A stretch of 64,000 nucleotides of DNA from Bdellovibrionota bacterium (GTDB taxonomy: Bacteria > Bdellovibrionota_C > UBA2361 > JBIKWN01), in NCBI GenBank assembly GCA_044356295.1, contig JBIKWN010000007.1, positions 1-64,000 on the forward strand, read 5' to 3'. A model generated the notes under the pieces. That model saw only the letters and a program-made list of their open reading frames with translations. It was not told where the DNA came from and did not search any database. Numbering within the stretch: position 1 is the first letter of the stretch; each line of letters opens with the position of its first letter. Shown piece after piece: positions 20,801 through 30,133 of this stretch. Made by a program: the position numbers and the translations under genes.

Positions 20801-21308
20801 GTGGAGCTGCAAAAAATACAGTGCCATCACTATCTGTATATTTAGGAGCATAACATGAGCCCTTACCACTTAAGAGGACCACGGGCATATTAGGATAAGG
20901 TGCACCAGAGATATCAATCAAAGAAAATTGAATAATTTGAGCAGGTGTACTGCTAGCACTAGCAATAATAGAACATATATACCCGGGACATGTGCTGGTA
21001 TTAATTGTCAACGACGGCGGTGAAAATTCAAATCCACCACCAGCAAAAACAACGGTAGGATTCGCAACTGATGCAGGAACATCTACTTGCCCCTGTGCAT
21101 TAGTGACATCTGTTCCAAAACCATTATTACCCTGCACTTTCACCGCAGCAGCAGGGATACCATTGTCTTGAGTAATTTTAATTCTAAAGTTTTGAGCTTG
21201 CGTATCAAAACTTACAAAGCAAAATAAAGCGATAAGTAATAAGGTGAACTTCTGAAAGTCCCTAAAGTATTGATTTTTATTACTCAGTGTCATGCCCAGT
21301 AAAGGCAT
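17883..21308 (-). CDS. Large secreted modular surface protein (Cys-rich repeats, carboxypeptidase-regulatory-like domains, long Thr/Pro linkers)
   Basis: Signal peptide; repeated SG.V....G.P..G..V / TD..G.Y.F beta modules; about 200 aa Thr/Pro tract; 2-bp gap to the S8 gene. Start may be ATG at 21293. Confidence 0.75.
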   Translation of the reverse strand: MPLLGMTLSNKNQYFRDFQKFTLLLIALFCFVSFDTQAQNFRIKITQDNGIPAAAVKVQGNNGFGTDVTNAQGQVDVPASVANPTVVFAGGGFEFSPPSLTINTSTCPGYICSIIASASSTPAQIIQFSLIDISGAPYPNMPVVLLSGKGSCYAPKYTDSDGTVFFAAPRRSSVCNDKNNTDVDDNYTLLPLSPSGQSCTFTTLLKNKFNACPSSSSATVYVSGSCATNTTPSPVSGQVSYTLKFLERNTGSGIWGALININNGIPTITTDSTGTARVTLDGSTSYSAVVTGSKFETLPLYTISPQTCPNRICTWFGATRDSVMSLIPVQVLNAGTTPLESVAVDVTNSCLETTRQFTDSTGKALFGAVRQTTCNPLYTVFPSRQGFTFTHSSGSPFQFCPDQATSPVSLSAFTAGDVPLLSSVSGVVYDLLGLPQPNVRILNNGSVVATSDTEGKYTISTAQNSSLALNSFLPNSTLLYDPSYQQFINVDEDKKLNFYSVAPDSSIGNLPPVGPPCPVQFFNTISGRVLNDLGQPISGAVVMNNFSAPIITDLDGVYSFIVNQGSDNWVSASYANWDFLPVAYSEPNIRCDKQNADFVQVGKTSYKVTGKVFRHTGTVLSGATVTATLGDGSVRTDIADDEGAYSFDIDNGISFVLTSSNPDMVFLPAQFSERAERDFLNINFNQVAPTATPTATFTATNTATLTPTSTRTPTPTATFTFTNTATVTPTMTFTSTATVTPTATRTQTSTSTFTATVTPTFTNTATITPTPTFTGTSTATPTNTATSTQTPTLTFSVTPTATNTLTATPTSTTTPTATLTVTNTLTPTQIPSPSMTPSVTPINTNTPTQQPTSTFTATSTQTSTITPSPSPTATATVTSTSTSTNTPTATYTPALPFTLTSMCSLDSTSLAWRVINPYSSDLTLTWELYGSTVKGSIIAAANAHTFFSTTRLPSGNTLGLFHNGVQVAIKASGLQICPTPTPTRTNTPTITPTIIVPTATATPTPTITETPLPTSTPTNTATPVVCSVAGNIREVSRVMSSPFQSRVQRSGARVVITSQRNTKKSYSWVVNDDSFRIVVPCDDPYRIRMTFTRSGIEVRSRPTEYKNVWLLSDSRPRGTGYSFGLRAVSTGVSAQNRRLAK
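18630..19245 (-). repeat. Low-complexity Thr/Pro-rich coding repeat (TATPT/TFT.T units)
   Basis: Degenerate codon-diverse repeats encoding PTATATFTATNTATLTPT... Confidence 0.85.
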
Positions 21309-21354
21309 CGGGCACGGATATGGAACGCTTTATAATCTAGCGCAAAAAAATAAT

Positions 21355-22308
21355 TTAAATCATCCAATCCCAGCCATGACCTTTGCGAATAAGAATTTTT
21401 ACTAATTCTTCTAAGTCATCTTTATCAGATTGAGTACGAAAACCAAGGACACTCCAAAGAGATTCTCGTATGGTTTCTAAGCATTGCGTACGAACGGCTT
21501 CGGTAATTGCAAATGCTGCAAGCCACTGTTGTTGTTCGAATGACGATTCAATATTGACCGTTTCATTTGCAGACAGATTGGCATATGACATTGTTCCAAA
21601 ACTAGCATCTTTTCCGCAACCACTCGCTGAAAGAATTAATGCACTGATTTGAAGAGGATCGATGCCATAAATTTTCTCTCCTACTTCTCGTAAGGTTTTA
21701 CCATCTGCAAGTAGTCTCATCGCTTGTTCTGCATCCATTTGAGACCCTGTTGCAAGAAGCACTACTAATCCGATTCTTCCTGCAAAACCAGCAAGCATAC
21801 CCCTACCCGGACTAAAATCGGAATTCAGTTGCCCAACAAAAAACCCTATGTGGGCACGAATGATCGCATCATCTAAAATTGGCTGCCAAAGTTTTTCATT
21901 ATTTTTAGTTTTTAATTTTCGAGAGATAGCTTGAATAACACTTGCAGCAGCAATCACATCACTTCGAAGTACTTTATAAGCTTCCCTGGTAGTTGTAATA
22001 TCCCCAGCTTTTCCAAGCACTCGATCAGATGCAGCAGCGAGAAGAAGCTTTTTTAGTCCAAGAGTTAACCCTTCACTAGCCTTAGTAGGCTTACCCGACT
22101 TTCCGAAAACAAAGTTTGAAAGTCGCCAAATAAACCATGGTACCGGCTCGAATTCTTGTACTAAGGATTTAGCTCTTTCAAAACTGACTTCCTTTTTCTT
22201 AGGTACAATACCAGCAGCCTGCAGAGTTTCTTGAGTAATTTCAAGGGTTTGACGGAGATTCTCTTTGAATTTTATCTCGTCGTCTTTCTTAATCTCTTCT
22301 ATGCTCAT
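21355..22308 (-). CDS. Degenerate HDOD-domain-like protein
   Basis: PVPWFIWRL, GMLAGFAGRIGLVVL (cf. AGLLHDIG.L.L) and EKIYGIDPLQISALIL (cf. E...FG..H..IG..L); HD pair absent. Confidence 0.5.
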   Translation of the reverse strand: MSIEEIKKDDEIKFKENLRQTLEITQETLQAAGIVPKKKEVSFERAKSLVQEFEPVPWFIWRLSNFVFGKSGKPTKASEGLTLGLKKLLLAAASDRVLGKAGDITTTREAYKVLRSDVIAAASVIQAISRKLKTKNNEKLWQPILDDAIIRAHIGFFVGQLNSDFSPGRGMLAGFAGRIGLVVLLATGSQMDAEQAMRLLADGKTLREVGEKIYGIDPLQISALILSASGCGKDASFGTMSYANLSANETVNIESSFEQQQWLAAFAITEAVRTQCLETIRESLWSVLGFRTQSDKDDLEELVKILIRKGHGWDWMI

Positions 22309-22427
22309 ACAGATAATAGATCATCGGACAAAATTAAATAAATCCCAATAGTTTAGCTCTGAATCTAATTGAAAAGATGATAAATTTTAGCTTGAAAGAT
22401 CTTTAATAATTTTAGAGACTTAAACAC

Positions 22428-22760
22428 ATGAGCAACAACAAATATTGCCTTACCAAAGCAGACCTCGCCGATGCAATCTATGCAACGATGCCTGTTGATA
22501 AGCAAAAAGCCGCCGATATCGTTGAAGATTATATCGAGATAATTAAAGAGATGTTAGCAAAAGATGGCAAAGTTATGCTCTCTGGATTCGGTTCGTACGA
22601 AGTCAAAGCAAAACCACCACGTAGAGGACGTAATCCACAAACTGGTGCCACCATTACACTTCGTGCACGAAAGGTTGTGAAATTCAAACCAAGTCAATTA
22701 CTGCGTAAAGCTATCAACGGACAGAAGTACGATGAAAGCGATGCTGATAAAGTTGATTAA
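22428..22760 (+). CDS. HU/IHF family DNA-binding protein (IHF-alpha-like)
   Basis: LTKADLA, V.LSGFGSYEV, RRGRNPQTG, ARKVVKFKPSQLLR. Confidence 0.9.
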   Translation: MSNNKYCLTKADLADAIYATMPVDKQKAADIVEDYIEIIKEMLAKDGKVMLSGFGSYEVKAKPPRRGRNPQTGATITLRARKVVKFKPSQLLRKAINGQKYDESDADKVD

Positions 22761-22763
22761 TAA

Positions 22764-23807
22764 CTAGTTCGGATATCCGTTGTAGTATTGTCTTCTCTTT
22801 ACTGCCTGAAAACATACTCCGTATGCAGCTGATGCATCGTAAGTGTATACAGTCATTTGCCTACCATTTAAACTTTTCTGCGGTAGTGAGTATTCAAATA
22901 TCATTCCGAAGTAAATAATATTTCTTCGAACAATTCTATGATTAACAATTCTTTGTAATCTCTTATTACGTCCAGCTGACCAAAAACCATAGTCATGTAT
23001 ATCATTCAAGACCCCAACAGGGCTCGTAAGTAGGAGTGGTTGTCCTTTGAATTGTCCATCACCTGATGGCTTTAATGAAGCTGCTTTTCTTCCTTCAAAC
23101 TCGGATTCTGTAGCTGTAATACTAATCTTAAATCCTGCTGCAATTGAAGCTTTTGATACTTTTGACAGATCCACTTGAATGATAGCTGCATATTTTCCAG
23201 TTTTTTTACATTCATCGCGAAAGATATGCATAGTAAACGATCTAACCTGTGGACCGTTTTCGCCGCTACTTCCATCGCCTGGGATAGTCTCCCATTCAGG
23301 ATTTATGTAATCACAAAGAACATTAAAAGGACTTGGATTACGACCAAATGCATCTCGATACCTAAAAAGCCAATCAGGTAAATCAGCATCTAAAAGATGA
23401 CCATTGCAGTATGTTATATCACTACCATTTCCTGTTTTCTGTTTTGAAAGAACGATCTGTTTTTTAAATCTTGAATCTTGGTCAGCTAATTTTTGAGGGA
23501 ATTGGTATCCTGAAACTATCGAAGTTATCGAAGCTGAACCATTCGAAAAAACAGCATTCGACCCTTTAATGATTGATTTTGTAGGAGCAGTGATAGAGTA
23601 ATTTACTGTACTCGTTTCATTCTCTTTTGAACGAAGGACAAATGTAAGTGATTTTGGTCGCTCGCCTGGTTTACTGGTGTAATCATAGGTCTGACCGTTT
23701 TGTAATTCAATTGTCTGGGCAGAGACAAAAGAAGAGCTAGAAAGTTGAATAAATACAAATAGATAGAAGCAAGATAGCGCAATTAAATTGGTATTTTTTA
23801 ATTTCAT
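22764..23807 (-). CDS. Hypothetical secreted protein
   Basis: 347-aa ORF with signal peptide ending VSA; no family recognised. Confidence 0.65.
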   Translation of the reverse strand: MKLKNTNLIALSCFYLFVFIQLSSSSFVSAQTIELQNGQTYDYTSKPGERPKSLTFVLRSKENETSTVNYSITAPTKSIIKGSNAVFSNGSASITSIVSGYQFPQKLADQDSRFKKQIVLSKQKTGNGSDITYCNGHLLDADLPDWLFRYRDAFGRNPSPFNVLCDYINPEWETIPGDGSSGENGPQVRSFTMHIFRDECKKTGKYAAIIQVDLSKVSKASIAAGFKISITATESEFEGRKAASLKPSGDGQFKGQPLLLTSPVGVLNDIHDYGFWSAGRNKRLQRIVNHRIVRRNIIYFGMIFEYSLPQKSLNGRQMTVYTYDASAAYGVCFQAVKRRQYYNGYPN

Positions 23808-23911
23808 ATAGACACGTATCTGCTCGATCAGTCCATATGATTCAGCGAAAGATACGATTTTTTCACACCGGCAGATCGGTCTTTAGGAGCGAACAAAGAA
23901 CTCAGAAAAAA

Positions 23912-24232
23912 TTACCGAACTACCGTATCCCCTTCAGGGAACAGCACTGGAGGATTTTTAACTTGAAATCCAGAAGCCTTAAGCCTTAACCAGATATCAC
24001 GTGCTAATTCACGTGTCTCATTATCAAGAAGCGTATAGATATCAGGCATGTTAAGAACCTGATTCATTGCTGATGCAATATAAATAGCAGGAGCAGCATC
24101 TTCCTTAATTTTATCAAGCATGTTCGAAAGAAAGCTTTTTAATTCTGCTGATGTGCCAATCTTAGCTCCGCCTTCTACTTCAGGAGAAGCGATTTTTGTT
24201 CTTGGTGTTTTTGTATCTTTTTTAGCTGCCAT
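23912..24232 (-). CDS. Hypothetical protein
   Basis: 106-aa ORF, 9 bp downstream of the OmpA-like gene in the same operon. Confidence 0.7.
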   Translation of the reverse strand: MAAKKDTKTPRTKIASPEVEGGAKIGTSAELKSFLSNMLDKIKEDAAPAIYIASAMNQVLNMPDIYTLLDNETRELARDIWLRLKASGFQVKNPPVLFPEGDTVVR

Positions 24233-24241
24233 AATTATATT

Positions 24242-24952
24242 CTATCTATCTACTGCTATAAGCTCAATCGCCTGTGCATATCTTAGAGGTGGTTCCCCTA
24301 GTGCCACAACAAGCGGACCTTGAATTACCACAGGTCGAGTCTCGATTCTTCGAGGCTCAATCCCATATTTAACAAAAGCATCGCCTAAGGCAACAGCTCT
24401 TCTCTTAGTAAGATAAGATGCAAATTCTGAAGTTTCGTCGTTAGCTTTTACATAACTTCCTATAACTAATCTAGACCAAGGAAGGCGCTCTTTATTAAGG
24501 CGAGCAAGCTCATGTGCGAGCTCAAAGCCCTGTTTGGTCAAATTTGCCGTGTCTGCATCGAAAAAGATATCTGCGGGGAAAATATCCCGACTTGGATGAA
24601 GCTCAATCCTACGCTCAAAGAAACGCTCTAAAATAGCCTGCATTTCAGCTCTATATTCTAAACGAGCAGTTTCATGTTTCATTTTAATCAGAGCCCGCTC
24701 TTCCTCATCTGCTTGAGCCCCTTGAATTGCTCCTGCAATTGCTCCAAAACCAGCACCGACAAATGCCCCCGGTCCAGTTGGTGAAGAAACTTGAAAAGCT
24801 GTAACTGCACCAGCACCAGCTCCTGTAAGAACTCCTTCAAGTGCACCTGCAGTTTGTCTATCTTGATCAGGATTCAGACCTGATGTTGGAGAACATCCGC
24901 AGATACTAAAAAGTAAAAACAGATTTGAAAAAAGAAAGGATTTATATTTCAT
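24242..24952 (-). CDS. Lipoprotein with glycine zipper and divergent OmpA-like C-terminal domain
   Basis: Lipobox ICGC; GAGAGA...GAGFGAIAGA; FFDADTANL...LTKRRAVAL...GIEPRRI. Confidence 0.65.
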   Translation of the reverse strand: MKYKSFLFSNLFLLFSICGCSPTSGLNPDQDRQTAGALEGVLTGAGAGAVTAFQVSSPTGPGAFVGAGFGAIAGAIQGAQADEEERALIKMKHETARLEYRAEMQAILERFFERRIELHPSRDIFPADIFFDADTANLTKQGFELAHELARLNKERLPWSRLVIGSYVKANDETSEFASYLTKRRAVALGDAFVKYGIEPRRIETRPVVIQGPLVVALGEPPLRYAQAIELIAVDR

Positions 24953-24964
24953 CTTATTTATTCA

Positions 24965-26443
24965 TCATTTTATTAAGAGCTCTGAAGAAAAATTCATTTT
25001 CTTCAATGGAAGTTTTTGTAAGACCCTGTGAGTTTCAGATTTTTTACTTAATTCATTTTTGAGAGAGCGATAAGCGTTCTTATCACCAACTATTAAAATG
25101 GTAAGTTCATCCTCCTTCCAGTATTTGTTCGCAGCAGCAACTACTTCACTCTTAGTCACTGCCTCTATTTTCGCTAGAAAAGACTCATCATAGGAAGAGG
25201 GATAGTGAAGAATTCTTTTAAGGGCTTCACGTCTCACTATTTCAGGTACAGCATCGTAGCGGAAGACAAATGAGTTCCGAGCTGCTGTTTTAACGTCCTG
25301 GAGCTGTAATTCAGTAAAATCACCTTTTTTAGCTTCTTGAAGCGTATTCAAAGCTGTAATGAGACCCTCTCCGACTGAGGCGCTTTTTGTTTGAAATCCG
25401 ATAAAATTTCTACCAATTGGTTCATCTCGGTAAATGCCTCCCGCAACACTATAGGAAAGCCCTTTTTGAGTTCGTATTGCTTTGGTTAGCATTGAGCTAA
25501 AGGCCCCACTACTTCCAAAGACTCCATTAAATACTTCAATTGCAGGATAGTCGTCTGGAAAACGATGCGGACCAAGCTGTCCGATGTAAATAGTCGCTTG
25601 AGGAAAACTTTTTTCTACAAAGTAAATTCCTGGTTTGTTTTTAAAGGTAAACTGAGGAACTTCAATTTGATTAAGAGCAAGTCCAACATCATCTTTTAGA
25701 AGCTCTTCAAGTTTTTCTTTAATCTCATCTTTTTCTAGATCACCCGATACAGCAACGACTACACCGTCAAGTGAGAAAATTGAATTATAAAGATTTTCAA
25801 CTGATTCCTCTGTAACTTCTGTTATATCTTTTTCACGTAGTGGAGTTCCCAGAATAGAATCTTTATAAAGTAATTGAATAAAGGATTGTGCTGCGATTGA
25901 CTCAGCTGAATCGCTTCGCTTTTTAATCGCATCAATCGAATGCGATTTCCACAATGCCAATCGTTCTTGATCAAACCGTGGAGTAAAAAGCACATCTCGT
26001 GCAAGTGGGAGGATCTGGTCGAGCTCTGAAGTGAGTCCACTGAGTGTTACTGTTGAAAACTCATCCCCTACATTTGCCGAAATTGAAGCAGAAAGCTCCT
26101 CGAGACGTTCATCAAGTTGATCTGGTGAAAAGAGTCCAGCACCACCACTTCTCCAAAGGTACGATAGTGCTCCGTAAGAAGCTGCGTTTTTTGAATTTCG
26201 AGCAAGACTTCCTCGAGGGAAATAAACGGACACAGAAAAAGTAGGAAGCTCTTTATCTTCTTTAAAAAATACTACTGCTCCATTTGACAATCGAAACTTT
26301 GATAACGCGGGGGGTGTAAAATTTTCTTCATTGACCAACCTATATCGTTCAAATAAATAACTTGCACATCCAGATTGTGTAAAAACAAAAACAACAAACA
26401 AGAGCGTTGAAGAAAATAAAGAAAACCTACTTAAAAATTTCAC
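24965..26443 (-). CDS. M16B peptidase, non-catalytic subunit (lipoprotein)
   Basis: M16 fold motifs L.NG..V, IRTQKGLSYSV (R/Y pair); no HXXEH; lipobox QSGC. Confidence 0.85.
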   Translation of the reverse strand: MKFLSRFSLFSSTLLFVVFVFTQSGCASYLFERYRLVNEENFTPPALSKFRLSNGAVVFFKEDKELPTFSVSVYFPRGSLARNSKNAASYGALSYLWRSGGAGLFSPDQLDERLEELSASISANVGDEFSTVTLSGLTSELDQILPLARDVLFTPRFDQERLALWKSHSIDAIKKRSDSAESIAAQSFIQLLYKDSILGTPLREKDITEVTEESVENLYNSIFSLDGVVVAVSGDLEKDEIKEKLEELLKDDVGLALNQIEVPQFTFKNKPGIYFVEKSFPQATIYIGQLGPHRFPDDYPAIEVFNGVFGSSGAFSSMLTKAIRTQKGLSYSVAGGIYRDEPIGRNFIGFQTKSASVGEGLITALNTLQEAKKGDFTELQLQDVKTAARNSFVFRYDAVPEIVRREALKRILHYPSSYDESFLAKIEAVTKSEVVAAANKYWKEDELTILIVGDKNAYRSLKNELSKKSETHRVLQKLPLKKMNFSSELLIK

Positions 26444-26444
26444 G

Positions 26445-27956
26445 TCATGATCCCTTTTTAATAGTTCTCTCTAAAAAACCAATCGTTCGATTTTTGGCTA
26501 CTAGATACTTCTTTCCAACCCTAACAATATCGTCACTTGTTACGGACAATGCTTCTTTATACCAGTCAATCATTGCACTCCAATCTTTATATTGAAGTTG
26601 CACTTCACTGAGTGTCGTTGCAAGAGCAAGATTCGATTTCATCTGCCCAATGTACGAAATAGCAATCGATCTTTTTGATTGTTCAAGTAACGCTTCTGAA
26701 ATTGGTTCGGATAAAAACCGAACAAGTAGCTCATCAAACCTAGTAAGTAGCTGTTTATTAGAAGTAGGCATCCTTGGAACAAGGGTGAAAAATAAAAGAT
26801 TAGGATATCGTGTGCCTGGTCCTTCTTCTGAGGCTACCTGAATTGCAAGTTTTTCTTTTTTTATAAGTGTTTCATAAAGAGGACTTTTTGATGAGCCACT
26901 GAGCATCTCGCTGAGTATCGTTATAGCGGCATCGTCAGCATCTGGATAATTTGGTTTGTGGTATGCAATAAGCATTTGTGGGCTTGATTCAGCATACTGC
27001 ACAAGCGTTCTTTCCTCTGTCTGCTCTACTTCTATGTCATGAGGTTCAGGTGCAGCGACTCCTTCCGGTATATCACCAAAATATTTTTCTAATGTCTCAA
27101 TATCTTGAAAAGGATCAACCGCGCCGACAAGACTTATAACAATATTACTTGGAACATAGTATTTTTTACGAAATGCATCCAAACGACGGGCTGTGAGCGA
27201 TTCAATATCTTTCTGATATCCAATTAATGGCAAACGATAAGGATGAGTAAGATACGCTTTTTGAAGCATTGATTCATAAAGAAGTGCACTCGGTTCATTA
27301 TCAAAACGCATTCTTCGTTCTTCAAGGACGACATCCCTTTCTTGATAAAATTGCCGCATGACTGGGTCTTTCAGTCGTGCACTCTCTGTTTGCGCCCAAA
27401 ATTCAAATGAACTTCGAGGAAGGCTTACCATGTAAGAAGTATGATCCTTATCTGTCTGAGCATTAAGGTCTCCACCTCCACGCTTTTCATATTCAAGGGT
27501 AAACTCATCGTTCTTTGATAAGGATTGAAGCTGTAAAGAAATTTCTGAGACACGTTTTCTCTGTTCAACAGATAATCCTTCAAATTTCGGATGTTGCTCT
27601 GTGATATTTTCTAATTCATCGAGTAATACTTTTTCAGTTTCGAAATCTTTTGTACCAATGACAGAGGTACCCTTAAACGCCATATGCTCAAACATATGTG
27701 CAATTCCAGTTTCTCCAATCGTTTCATCAACACCGCCAACACCAACCGTCGTTACAGCTGAAAACACAGGGGCAAAGCCTCGTTGATAAAAAATAAAGGT
27801 CAAGCCATTTGATAACTTCTTAACAACAACAGAATGCTCAAGACGATCTAATGAGTTTTGAGAAGCTTCGAGAATATTTTCGCTCAAGAGCTTTGTAGAG
27901 AGACTCAAAAAAAACAAAAGAGAAATACTAAGATTTCGAAGAAAGACAATTTTCAC
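26445..27956 (-). CDS. M16B zinc peptidase, catalytic subunit
   Basis: TGIAHMFEHMAFKGT (HXXEH), LNAQT, ERDVVLEERRMR. Confidence 0.92.
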   Translation of the reverse strand: MKIVFLRNLSISLLFFLSLSTKLLSENILEASQNSLDRLEHSVVVKKLSNGLTFIFYQRGFAPVFSAVTTVGVGGVDETIGETGIAHMFEHMAFKGTSVIGTKDFETEKVLLDELENITEQHPKFEGLSVEQRKRVSEISLQLQSLSKNDEFTLEYEKRGGGDLNAQTDKDHTSYMVSLPRSSFEFWAQTESARLKDPVMRQFYQERDVVLEERRMRFDNEPSALLYESMLQKAYLTHPYRLPLIGYQKDIESLTARRLDAFRKKYYVPSNIVISLVGAVDPFQDIETLEKYFGDIPEGVAAPEPHDIEVEQTEERTLVQYAESSPQMLIAYHKPNYPDADDAAITILSEMLSGSSKSPLYETLIKKEKLAIQVASEEGPGTRYPNLLFFTLVPRMPTSNKQLLTRFDELLVRFLSEPISEALLEQSKRSIAISYIGQMKSNLALATTLSEVQLQYKDWSAMIDWYKEALSVTSDDIVRVGKKYLVAKNRTIGFLERTIKKGS

Positions 27957-27975
27957 TTAACAAGTATAAGAACTA

Positions 27976-29115
27976 CTAGAAACTTCCAACAGTAGGAAGA
28001 ATTAATGTTACCTTTGCACCACCCTCTGGTCGATTTTGGAAAGTAATTCGCGCACCATTAAACTCTGCATATGAACAAGCAATCGCTAGTCCTGCTCCAC
28101 TACCTTGCTGTTCAAGTTTATCTCTGTCAACTTGGTTAAATGCAAGGGTCATATGTTCGAGCTGATTCTCTTTAAATCCAATTCCATTATCGAGCACTTG
28201 AATAACAAATTCATCTCCTTGTGTAAGAAAATGTATCTGGATTTTTTTAGGATGCTTAGAAAACTTACATCCGTTCTGAACAATCCTCGATACACAGTCG
28301 AGTATCTGAGCCTCAAATACTTCTAATTTTTGTGGAAGCAACGTTTTTTCAACGATCAACTCAGCCCCTTCGTTCAATACAGCATCTTTAATCTGTCCTA
28401 CGATTCGTTCAGCTATATCCTCAACAGAAACAATTGTTTTTTTCGTTTCAGCCAATCGTTTTGCTAAACCTGCTTCGATTTGCTGCAAGATCATAAAATC
28501 GTTTACGAGTCTTTCTAAACGCAGCCCACCTCTCTGAATTGCTTCGACAAGAGTCTTTAATTTCTTTTCTTCAAGCTCTGGTTGATCGAGTAAGATCTCT
28601 GTCCCAGTGCTTATAGCGACTAAGGGAGTTCTAAATTCGTGTGATAGAGTATGCAAAACTTTACGTCGATACTGATCGTAGCGCGATTCAATCTGTTGCT
28701 TCTTCTCTCTTGCTCTTTCTACTTTACCTTTGACCATAGCCAACAGCTCTTTTGGGTCAAAAGGCTTCGTTAGGTAATCATCCGCACCAGAAGCTTTACC
28801 TTTGATTTTATCGTCAGGTGAATCAAGAGCCGTAAGAAAGACAAATGGGATATTTGCAAATTCTACTCGCTCTCTAACCATCTGCTGAAACTGATATCCA
28901 GAAAGCTCGGGCATCATTACATCGCAGATCACTAAATCGACAGGTTGTGAACCTAAGATTTTCATTGCTTCCTGCCCGCTTTCACAGGCATAAACCTCCA
29001 TTTTTTCAGTCTGAAGCAACGACTTAACAACCCCTAAAATCAAGGGGTTATCATCCACCAATAAGATCGATGGTGTTATGGAAACTGTTTTATCTTCCAA
29101 GAGCTTCACACACAA
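27976..29115 (-). CDS. Cytoplasmic hybrid response regulator / histidine kinase
   Basis: REC (LVDD, CDVMMP, FLTA, KPF) + HisKA SHEFRTPL + HATPase (NGCKFS, DNGIG, GAGLAI). Confidence 0.9.
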   Translation of the reverse strand: MCVKLLEDKTVSITPSILLVDDNPLILGVVKSLLQTEKMEVYACESGQEAMKILGSQPVDLVICDVMMPELSGYQFQQMVRERVEFANIPFVFLTALDSPDDKIKGKASGADDYLTKPFDPKELLAMVKGKVERAREKKQQIESRYDQYRRKVLHTLSHEFRTPLVAISTGTEILLDQPELEEKKLKTLVEAIQRGGLRLERLVNDFMILQQIEAGLAKRLAETKKTIVSVEDIAERIVGQIKDAVLNEGAELIVEKTLLPQKLEVFEAQILDCVSRIVQNGCKFSKHPKKIQIHFLTQGDEFVIQVLDNGIGFKENQLEHMTLAFNQVDRDKLEQQGSGAGLAIACSYAEFNGARITFQNRPEGGAKVTLILPTVGSF

Positions 29116-29227
29116 AAAATTTAGTTGCCCAAGGATTAAGTCGGCAGAAATCTATATGAACATAAGCTTCTTTTTTACTGTTAAAAAGTTGAGCAGAGCA
29201 GTAAAAATAAGGTAATCTCGCAGACTT

Positions 29228-30133
29228 ATGGATAAAATTTTTGCTGTATTCCCTGGTCAAGGTTCTCAAACCGTTGGTATGGGTAAAGACCTTTCTGAAG
29301 CCTCTGAAATTGCTAGAGAATCCTTTAATGCTGCTGATAAAGTGCTTGGATTTTCTCTTTCAAAAATATGTTTTGAAGGTCCAGCAGAAAGACTAACTTC
29401 TACAGAAATCGCTCAACCAGCTATCCTCGTAACAAGTATTATCTCATATCGACTGAGCCCTAAATCTATTCAAGAAAAAATTGTTGCAGCTGCAGGCCAC
29501 AGTCTTGGTGAATATTCAGCACTTGTCGCAATGGATGCAATAACGCTTGAGGATGCTGTGCAGCTTGTACATAAGCGAGGCTGCTATATGCAGGAAGCAG
29601 TGCCTGCAGGTGTTGGTAAAATGGTCGCAATTCTTGGAAAAGAAGTGAGTGAAATTGAAAGTGCACTTTCAAAAGTCACGTCTGGCGTTGCTTCTATTGC
29701 TAATGTCAATGCACCAGGACAAGTCGTTATAGCAGGTGATGTTGCAGGAATTGATGAGGGTTTAACTCATCTTGGATCAGCTAAAACAATTCCTCTTCAA
29801 GTGAGCGCACCATTCCATTGTGCACTGATGAAGCCTGCTGAGATTGCTTTATCAAAAGATCTCGACTCATTAACAATACGCACACCACGACGTCCAGTAA
29901 TCGCAAATTTTTCTGCTTCTCCTGTTACGGCCCCAGAAGAGATACGCTCACTCCTTAAAAGCCAAGTCTGTGGTCGAGTTCGCTGGGTTGAGTCTATAGA
30001 AACAGCAACTAAAGTATTCTCACCTTCAGCTTTAATTGAATTTGGGTCTGGTGCAGTTTTAACTGGTCTTCAAAAGCGTATTGATTCAAAATTGCCACGA
30101 TTTAATATTTATCGCGGCAATGAGATTAATTAG
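29228..30133 (+). CDS. fabD: Malonyl-CoA:ACP transacylase
   Basis: FPGQGSQ, AGHSLGEY, VSAPFHC. Confidence 0.95.
   Translation: MDKIFAVFPGQGSQTVGMGKDLSEASEIARESFNAADKVLGFSLSKICFEGPAERLTSTEIAQPAILVTSIISYRLSPKSIQEKIVAAAGHSLGEYSALVAMDAITLEDAVQLVHKRGCYMQEAVPAGVGKMVAILGKEVSEIESALSKVTSGVASIANVNAPGQVVIAGDVAGIDEGLTHLGSAKTIPLQVSAPFHCALMKPAEIALSKDLDSLTIRTPRRPVIANFSASPVTAPEEIRSLLKSQVCGRVRWVESIETATKVFSPSALIEFGSGAVLTGLQKRIDSKLPRFNIYRGNEIN

Noticed and set aside
22308..22345. Sigma-28 promoter candidates upstream of 22308 (TCCGATGA) and 29115 (GCCGACTT)
   Set aside because: No convincing TAAA -35 element at the right spacing
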